Below are positions 57,971-64,000 of a stretch of DNA of 64,000 nucleotides, one piece after another. The notes beneath the pieces were generated by a model that was not told the DNA's origin, searched no databases, and saw only the letters and a program-made list of their open reading frames with translations. The translations under genes and the position numbers were made by a program. The stretch is from Chloroflexota bacterium (GTDB lineage: Bacteria > Chloroflexota > Anaerolineae > JAAYZQ01), in NCBI GenBank assembly GCA_018606645.1, contig JAGVRI010000005.1, forward strand, positions 50,629-114,628. Reading direction: 5' to 3'. Each line of letters opens with the position of its first letter. The stretch's first letter is position 1.

Positions 57971-58822
57971 ATGGCGGCGACGCGCTTTCGACTCATTCGG
58001 ATGATGCAAAACGTCCTCACCTACCTGATCCTCGGGTTAGCGGTTCTGGTAGCTCTCTTTCCTTTATACTGGATGGTAGTCTCCTCCTTCAAGACGCAGG
58101 TAGAGCTATTTTCGGTGCCACCCACCTTGCTGCCCCTGCGTCCCACCTGGGAGGGGTACGTGGACCTGTTTGTAAACCGCAAGTTTGGCCAATCGCTGCT
58201 TAACAGCTTGATCGTGGTCGGTACCAGCCTGATCGTGTCGATGGTTACCGGTTCGCTGGCGGCGTACAGCCTGAGTCGCTTCCGTTTGCCGTGGAAGCTC
58301 AACGGGATCCTGGGGTTCTGGATCCTTTCAACGCGAATGCTACCCCCGATCGTGACCATTGTGCCCCTGTTTCTGATCCTCCAGGCCCTGCATTTGGTGA
58401 ATACCTACGCCGGATTATCCCTGGTGTATGTGGTATTCAACCTGCCCTTTGTGGTGTGGATGATGCGCAGTTTTTTCCAGGAGATCCCTACTGACCTGGA
58501 GGAGGCGGGCATGGTGGACGGTGCTTCTCGCCTGGGCGCGCTGTGGCATGTAGTGCTACCTCTGGTCCGGCCAGGCCTGGCCGCAACGGCCATTTTTGTC
58601 ATCATTGATACCTACAACGAGTTCCTCTTTGCCCTGATCCTGACCTCTACGCCCGAAGTGATGACCATGCCGGTGGCCGCTGCTGCGCTGGTCGGGCGCA
58701 TCCATGTTCAATGGGGGGCCATGACCGCCGGCGGGACGGTCGCTATGTTGCCTATTTTGCTGTTTGCCTTCTTGATGCAACGCCACCTAGTGCGGGGGCT
58801 CACACTGGGAGCAGTCAAATAG
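57971..58822 (+). CDS. Carbohydrate ABC permease (MalG-like)
   Basis: IPTDLEEAGMVDGA, NEFLFA, GLTLGAVK. Confidence 0.92.
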   Translation: MAATRFRLIRMMQNVLTYLILGLAVLVALFPLYWMVVSSFKTQVELFSVPPTLLPLRPTWEGYVDLFVNRKFGQSLLNSLIVVGTSLIVSMVTGSLAAYSLSRFRLPWKLNGILGFWILSTRMLPPIVTIVPLFLILQALHLVNTYAGLSLVYVVFNLPFVVWMMRSFFQEIPTDLEEAGMVDGASRLGALWHVVLPLVRPGLAATAIFVIIDTYNEFLFALILTSTPEVMTMPVAAAALVGRIHVQWGAMTAGGTVAMLPILLFAFLMQRHLVRGLTLGAVK

Positions 58823-58852
58823 GTCGAAATCATCGTCTGAATAGGCTGTCTC

Positions 58853-60055
58853 ATGAAGCTCTCTTCTCGTGAACGGATGCTGGCCGCCCTGGCCTGCCAG
58901 CCGGTGGATTATCCGCCGTGCTGTTTCATGCAATTCACGGCGCTGGAGAACCGCTGCCGTGACCAGTTTGAGATGATCGATCGCTTGTTGGCCTGGGGAG
59001 TGGATGCCACCGTTCAGGTCCCACCCTGGTTGCTGACCGTACCCGGCGACACACGCGACCTGCGTGGCCTGCCAGTGCGGTTCCATCCCGAGGTCCAGGT
59101 TCGGGAGTGGCGCGAGCGGCAGCCGGGCGAGCGCTACGCCACACTGGTGAAGGAATACATTACCCCGGCAGGAACGCTGTCGGTGCGGGTGAGCCAGACT
59201 GAAGACTGGCCCTATGGCGACCACGTTCCCTTTCTCGACGATTTTATCATCCCTCGCCTTCAGAAGCCGCTGCTGACCGAGGCTGCCGATCTGGATGCAC
59301 TGCGCTATCTGCTCACTTCCCCGGATATGGAGACGGTCGAACAGTTCTGGGCAGAGACGCGCCGGGCCAAGGCCTTTGCCCTCGAGCGCGGGCTCCTGGT
59401 CTCCGGCGGGACCGGGGCGGGTGCGGACCTGGCCGCGTGGCTGTGCGGGTTACAGGAACTGGTCTACCTGGCCCACGACGCCCCGGTTTTCGTCGAAGAA
59501 CTGATGGCGCTGCTCTCAAGTTGGATCCAGGAACGAATGGAGGTCGTGCTCGACGTGGGCATTGACCTCTGGGTGCGCCGCGCCTGGTATGAGAGCAGCA
59601 ACTTCTGGTCGCCCCGGCTCTACCGCCGGTTCATCCTGCCCCACTTGAAACAAGAGGTGGATCTGGCCCATCGTCGGGGGGCCCGGTTTGGATACATCAT
59701 GACGAGCGGGGCCATGCCCCTGCTGGACCTGATTCTGGAGGCAGGCGTTGACGTACTGATCGGCGTGGACCCGGTCCAGGGTGGCATGGACCTGACGGCC
59801 CTGCGTGCCAAAACGGCGGGGCGTCTGTGTCTGTGGGGCGGGGTCAACGGTCCGCTGACCATCGAGCGAGGCACACCGGCCGAGGTCCGCGCCGCCGTCC
59901 AGGAGGCCCTGGACACGCTGGCTGCGGGCCACGGCTTTATCCTGTCGCCCGTGGATGAGGTGGACGACCCGTCCGACCACACCTGGCGCAATGTGGAAGT
60001 ATTGATCGAAGCCTGGCGGAGTTGGGTGCGGGACCATACCCCCTTCCGCCCCTGA
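58853..60055 (+). CDS. Uroporphyrinogen decarboxylase/MtaA-fold protein of unknown function
   Basis: SSRERMLAAL, SPRLYRRFILP, LCLWGGVN, GTPAEVR, GFILSP. Confidence 0.78.
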   Translation: MKLSSRERMLAALACQPVDYPPCCFMQFTALENRCRDQFEMIDRLLAWGVDATVQVPPWLLTVPGDTRDLRGLPVRFHPEVQVREWRERQPGERYATLVKEYITPAGTLSVRVSQTEDWPYGDHVPFLDDFIIPRLQKPLLTEAADLDALRYLLTSPDMETVEQFWAETRRAKAFALERGLLVSGGTGAGADLAAWLCGLQELVYLAHDAPVFVEELMALLSSWIQERMEVVLDVGIDLWVRRAWYESSNFWSPRLYRRFILPHLKQEVDLAHRRGARFGYIMTSGAMPLLDLILEAGVDVLIGVDPVQGGMDLTALRAKTAGRLCLWGGVNGPLTIERGTPAEVRAAVQEALDTLAAGHGFILSPVDEVDDPSDHTWRNVEVLIEAWRSWVRDHTPFRP

Positions 60056-60071
60056 GAACAAGGAGGATTTC

Positions 60072-61055
60072 ATGACCGTCCGCGTTGGGATTGTCGGGTG
60101 CGGCAATATGGGCCGGACCCATGCCACTATCCTTCAGCAAGACCCGCGGGTCACCCTGGTCGGGGTGACCGATCTGGACCCGGACCGGGCGCGGGAACTG
60201 GCCGCAGCCACGGCCAGCCGGGCCTTCCCCAGCCTGGAGGCGCTCCTGGACGCCGAGATCGAGGCCATCTACATCACCACTCCCAACACCCAACATGTGC
60301 CGGCCACGCTGGCCGCGCTGGAGCGGAACATCCATGTCTTTTGCGAGAAGCCGATGGCCACCTCCCTGGCGGAGGCCCGGCAGGTGTTGACCGCCGCTCA
60401 GGCGAGCCAGGCCGTCTATCAGGTCGGCCACAACCGGCGCTTTGCTCCCGTCTACCGCTACCTGAAACAGCAGATCGAAGCCGGGCTGGTACCCTACCTG
60501 GCGAATGCCAAACAAAACGACGGCGACTGGCTCAACCCGCCATGGATCACCGATCTATCGCTCACTGGCGGCTTTCTCTACGAGTCGAGCATCCATCTAC
60601 TGGATATGCTCCGCTGGCTGATGGGCGAGGTGGTCAGTGTGCAGGCGCGAGCCAAAGCAAACGTCTACGACGTGCTGAACGATTTTGCCATTCTGCTGAC
60701 CTTTGTCGGGGAGCGGTTTGCCGTCTTTTCCTCGTCGGCCCATGCCTCGTGGGCCTTTCCGTTCGAGCATCTGGAGATCGTGGGCGAGCACGCCTTTGTC
60801 CGCAGCGAAGAGTTGAGCCGGGTGGTCCACTCCCCGGGACTGGAACAGGAGGTGCGCATCGTGGATTACCGCCAGGTGCCGCATGCTGACCGGTGGGGCT
60901 ACCGGGAAGAAGACCGCCGCTTCATCAGCGCCTGCCTGGGCGAAGCGCCGCCAGCGGTGGATGTCCTGGAAGCCTACCGGGCCATCGAGTTGTGCGAGGC
61001 CTGCTACCTGAGTGCCGCTAACGGCGGCGTCGAGGTGCGCCTGCCATTGGTCTGA
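60072..61055 (+). CDS. Gfo/Idh/MocA-family oxidoreductase
   Basis: VGIVGCG, HVFCEKP, GHNRRF, SIHLLD. Confidence 0.92.
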   Translation: MTVRVGIVGCGNMGRTHATILQQDPRVTLVGVTDLDPDRARELAAATASRAFPSLEALLDAEIEAIYITTPNTQHVPATLAALERNIHVFCEKPMATSLAEARQVLTAAQASQAVYQVGHNRRFAPVYRYLKQQIEAGLVPYLANAKQNDGDWLNPPWITDLSLTGGFLYESSIHLLDMLRWLMGEVVSVQARAKANVYDVLNDFAILLTFVGERFAVFSSSAHASWAFPFEHLEIVGEHAFVRSEELSRVVHSPGLEQEVRIVDYRQVPHADRWGYREEDRRFISACLGEAPPAVDVLEAYRAIELCEACYLSAANGGVEVRLPLV

Positions 61056-61252
61056 CCCTACTACCCTGGCGGCTGCCGGTCCAAGCGCTGTTGCGTTCTC
61101 CGTTGGAATCGTGGCGGCGAGGCATTCCGGGTGACTAACTGCCGCCTGAATCGCCGCGGATTGACCAGAACCACCTGGCCTGAACCACCGTTCCTGGGAA
61201 TGCCTCGCCCCAGGCCGTACAACAACCTTCATTCTTCTTTCACAAAAAATGC

Positions 61253-61281
61253 TTGACAATCGAACATTTGTTCTGTATAAT
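61253..61281 (+). promoter_or_regulatory. SOS promoter with a LexA box
   Basis: TTGACA-17nt-TATAAT with CGAACATTTGTTCT (GAAC-N4-GTTC) in the spacer; a second GAAC-CACC-GTTC at 61182-61193. Confidence 0.88.
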
Positions 61282-61315
61282 AGATTTGGGCTTCCATACT
61301 GCAGGATGGGGAGAC

Positions 61316-61690
61316 GTGAGCAGAGCGCACAAGCGCCAGCGACAGCGGCAACTGGAGACGACCATAGCGGCCATCCAACGCCGTTATGGCCCCTGGGCGT
61401 TGATCCGAGGAGGCCCCCAGGCCGCCGGTTCGGCGGCCATCCCCTATATCCCCACCGGTTTCCCGGCCCTCGACCGCGCTCTGGCCATCGGCGGCCTGCC
61501 CAAAGGGCAGGTGTGCGAGCTGGTCGGACCGACCACCTCGGGCAAGACAACGCTGGCTCTCAAGTTCCTGGTCCAGGCTCAGGCGGACGAAGGGGAGGTG
61601 GGGTACGTGGACCAGGCCCTCTACTTCGACCCGGACTATGCCTATCGCTGCGGATTGGACCTGTCCCGTCTGGTGGTTGGGCGGCCGCAG
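61316..61690 (+). pseudogene. RecA-like (ImuA-type) gene, 3'-truncated
   Basis: IPTGFPALDRALAIGGLPKG..ELVGPTTSGKTT, YVD..FDPDY..GLDLSRL; similarity ends before Walker B. Confidence 0.8.
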
Positions 61691-61895
61691 GAAAGGACAC
61701 ATGTTCATCACCCTGGAGGACGAAGAGGGGCTGATCCACCTCATTGTGCGGCCCGATACCTTTGAGCGATACCGGGAAGTGCTGCGCGATGCGCCGTTGG
61801 TGAAGGTGGAGGGCCAACTCCAGCGACAGGGAAGCGGGGTGAGTGTGCTGGTAGCCCGCGCCTGGCGGTTATCCCCAGACCATGCGGTGGGATAA
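61689..61895 (+). pseudogene. dnaE2: C-terminal OB-fold fragment of error-prone DNA polymerase DnaE2
   Basis: KGHMFITLEDEEGLIHLIVRPDTFERYR..LVKVEGQLQRQG matches the DnaE2 C-terminus; out of frame with the upstream fragment. Confidence 0.75.
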
Positions 61896-61934
61896 GGACT
61901 TGCGGATGGGGCAGAGTCTATTGACACGGCGAAT

Positions 61935-62012
61935 ATGACGGTGAACGAGAGCCGTCGGACTCACTCTATCGAGGGCAAGAGCATCCGTCACATCCAGCGC
62001 GAGACGAGACAT
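61935..62012 (+). mobile_element. Possible IS21 istA N-terminal remnant
   Basis: RRTHSIEGKSIRHIQRETRH resembles the IstA HTH start. Confidence 0.35.
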
Positions 62013-62148
62013 CTCGTCAGGCTCATGATTCAAGGGGCGAGTGGCCGGGCAACGCGTGTCCGTATCAATTTGCTAACATGTAAGAGCGAGCACGTGCGAG
62101 AAGCCATAACGCTCTGTCCAATCTATTTGGTGTTGCTCAGCTTGGTGG

Positions 62149-62574
62149 CTATGGACCGGGCTTCTTCCACATGATGCGGTAGGCTGACTCAATACCGGCC
62201 GTGGGGTCGTCCATGGTTTCGAAGGATAACATCTCCCACCCTTCACTTCCTTTCTGGTTGATGTACTCATTTAGGTGTCTGCGCCGACACTCCTGGATCG
62301 ACAGGAGTTCGGCGTAATCTGCGTCTCCGAGGGACATCATATCCATTTGCTCCATCACTAGTTTTCCAAATAGGTCCTCGCTGATTGGGCATTGTAGCTC
62401 ATAATTCTGGATGTCATAGAAATAGGTCCAAGGCTGGGGAGTGGAGGTCACGCATGGAATTGCGTCAACAGGCAGCGCTGAGGGCTGGGCCTGATTGCCA
62501 AAAAACGAAGGTTGAACGTTACAGCTGCAAATGACAAACAGAATGCACACTAGAAACAAGATTCTTTTTCTCAT
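62149..62574 (-). CDS. Hypothetical lipoprotein
   Basis: MRKRILFLVCILFVICSC signal/lipobox; C-terminal LNEYINQKGSEGWEML (DUF4177-like). Confidence 0.65.
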   Translation of the reverse strand: MRKRILFLVCILFVICSCNVQPSFFGNQAQPSALPVDAIPCVTSTPQPWTYFYDIQNYELQCPISEDLFGKLVMEQMDMMSLGDADYAELLSIQECRRRHLNEYINQKGSEGWEMLSFETMDDPTAGIESAYRIMWKKPGP

Positions 62575-62631
62575 ATCTCGCTATCTCCTGATGCTTGGCT
62601 GACCGGATACCTCGATTTGATTTCAGTTTTG

Positions 62632-63402
62632 TCAATGGTTGAAGCCAACACTCTCCGCAGATAAGCCAATACGACTCAGAAGCGCATTCCGAGCAGGCAT
62701 GTACTCTCGGTAATACCACGTCAGTGCCTCCTGTCCGGCTCTATCGGCCGCGGCCATATGGTCATAGAATTGGTCAGGGAACAACAGTGCACCAACCCGC
62801 TCGTGATGGTATATTATCACATTGGAAGCAACTACCTGAAATGCGAGGTGCATGCCCTCGGCCTCGTCGGGGACAGCCATTTCATCGAGCCTCTTGATTA
62901 AGGGGTCTAGTTTGTCCACGTAGGTTTGCGAGGCAATCCCAGCTTCTCCAGGAAAGCTTCCCCATATCTCGTTCGCGATCGTGGCAAACTGCTTCAGATA
63001 GGTCACAAGGGCCTGGTCCACCAGTGTCTTGCTGGGCTTGGGCGTTGGAGAAGGGGTTGGCCTGGGAGTGTCGGCCGGTTCAGTTGTGTTCGTCGGCGGG
63101 AGAGGTGTCTGCGTGGGCGTCTCAGTCGGCATTGCTGTTTCAGTTGGCGGAGGCGTGGTCGTGTTTGTAGGTTCTGGTGTAGCTGTGTCCGTTGGCATTA
63201 GGGTGGGGGTGTCTGTGGGAATGGGGGTATAAGTCGGGCGGAGTGTCGCAGCGAGTTGGGAAACCAGCCGCTCCGTGGGCTCAGCCGTCAGCGATGATCC
63301 GAAGTAGATGGCAAGTCCCACAACGGTCGCTAGCGCCATAAAAGCGACGCAGCCTACCACAAACCCTACAACACCCACAACAACGAGCATCCGTCTGTTC
63401 AT
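62632..63402 (-). CDS. Hypothetical membrane-anchored Pro/Thr-rich protein
   Basis: N-terminal TM helix, PTxT repeats, C-terminal helical domain; start MNRRML after GGAG. Confidence 0.7.
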   Translation of the reverse strand: MNRRMLVVVGVVGFVVGCVAFMALATVVGLAIYFGSSLTAEPTERLVSQLAATLRPTYTPIPTDTPTLMPTDTATPEPTNTTTPPPTETAMPTETPTQTPLPPTNTTEPADTPRPTPSPTPKPSKTLVDQALVTYLKQFATIANEIWGSFPGEAGIASQTYVDKLDPLIKRLDEMAVPDEAEGMHLAFQVVASNVIIYHHERVGALLFPDQFYDHMAAADRAGQEALTWYYREYMPARNALLSRIGLSAESVGFNH

Positions 63403-63462
63403 GTTGCCTGCTCTCCTGGTCTGGATAGTCTGGTTTTCATTTGGTTTCCATAGAGGATTAGG

Positions 63463-63526
63463 GTGCGACACCTGCGCGTCACCCGCGCTGCGAAGTGCGG
63501 CGGAGCGGATGAAGCGCTTGTTTAGC
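63463..63526 (-). other. Degenerate integron attC-like palindrome
   Basis: GCTAAAC-AAGCGCTTCATCCGC...GCGGGTGACGCGCAGGT-GTCGCAC imperfect hairpin. Confidence 0.4.
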
Positions 63527-63711
63527 GTGGTGGCCCATGAAACTGGACATTTTTGAAGCCGTTTTTGCTGAACGTCAACAGAGGTCTTCGAGCGCAAGGC
63601 GGGCTTTGAACTCCGGTTTGAAGTTTCGCCGCTTGGCCATTATGTCTCCCCCTTTCCTGGACCCATTGTACATTGACTAGCGCACCTGTCCAGTTTTTGG
63701 GGGTCGGTACA
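63527..63711 (-). mobile_element. Internally deleted IS3-family element (MITE-like, about 185 bp)
   Basis: Left end TGTACCGACCCCCAAAAACTGGACA, SD, orfA start MAKRRNFKPEFKARLALE then stop; inverted TGTCCAGTTT core at the other end. Confidence 0.75.
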
Positions 63712-63715
63712 GTAA

Positions 63716-63820
63716 CTACATTCGTCGCTGAGCCATCTCGGTCCGGAGGCCCATGAGCAACTCTGCTTTAACCGGAAGACCTCTGCTTAACTCCCTGTCC
63801 ACAAAACCAGGGGAAGATCA
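63716..63820 (+). mobile_element. Right end of a second IS3-family element
   Basis: OrfB C-terminus LHSSLSHLGPEAHE...* followed by terminal repeat CTGTCCACAAAACCAGGGGAAGATCA. Confidence 0.7.
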
Positions 63821-64000
63821 GATCATGCATTGCTGCCAGCACTCAAGGAAGGTAGAAACACAGAGAACGCGAAGGCGGCAGTTCAAGATGCCCATCCAGT
63901 GCCTCTCCTAAGAACACGGTGAGGCGAAGAGTGTCGTAGGATAGTGACCAATGGTCAATAGTGCCCCTTCGCACGAACTGAGCATCACCTCTGAAGTCCA

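Noticed and set aside
55488..58822. Sugar ABC system lacking an ATPase
   Set aside because: Common; shared MsmX/MalK-type ATPases are well established
61316..61765. Calling this the genuine recA
   Set aside because: Too short and divergent (GPTTSGKTT), and joined to a dnaE2 tail; fits an ImuA-like remnant
62060..62140. Second possible attC (GTTAGCA and AAC boxes) after the lipoprotein gene
   Set aside because: Pairing is too weak to support by eye
63843..64000. Open minus-strand frame entering from the right edge
   Set aside because: Short with no recognisable motif; cannot be supported from this window

Overview
High-GC bacterial chromosomal segment. It is most likely from an anaerobic Chloroflexota/Anaerolineae; this is inferred from the VVKETVVV-type lipoprotein linker, Tat-lipoprotein SBPs and a GAAC-N4-GTTC LexA box. 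(1) 1-32674, minus strand: a >32 kb co-directional catabolic cluster of about 30 genes that runs off the left edge. It encodes a B12-dependent MCM-family mutase large subunit with a remodelled substrate channel, a fused biotin carboxylase-carboxyltransferase plus separate BCCP and BioY, a split AtuA pair, an enoyl-CoA hydratase, MaoC, two thiolases, a family III CoA-transferase, three flavin oxidoreductases of the OYE family, four SDRs, an aminotransferase and two polar amino-acid ABC systems. It also holds a UxxC selenoprotein glutaredoxin that the ORF track truncates (in-frame TGA plus SECIS-like hairpin), sitting between two signal-less LivJ-like proteins. (2) 33151-44224: housekeeping genes (rfbC, miaB, queA, ABC1 kinase, ybaK, CBS-domain tRNA nucleotidyltransferase). 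(3) 44774-53266: a five-gene surface-glycan modification operon with two domain fusions. (4) 53390-61055: a LacI-autoregulated sugar/cyclitol operon with an atypical UroD-fold protein. (5) 61253-64000: a LexA-controlled imuA::dnaE2 deletion remnant, followed by a more AT-rich accessory patch with an attC-like hairpin and IS3/IS21 debris. No rRNA, tRNA or CRISPR was recognised. All family assignments come from motif recognition by eye.
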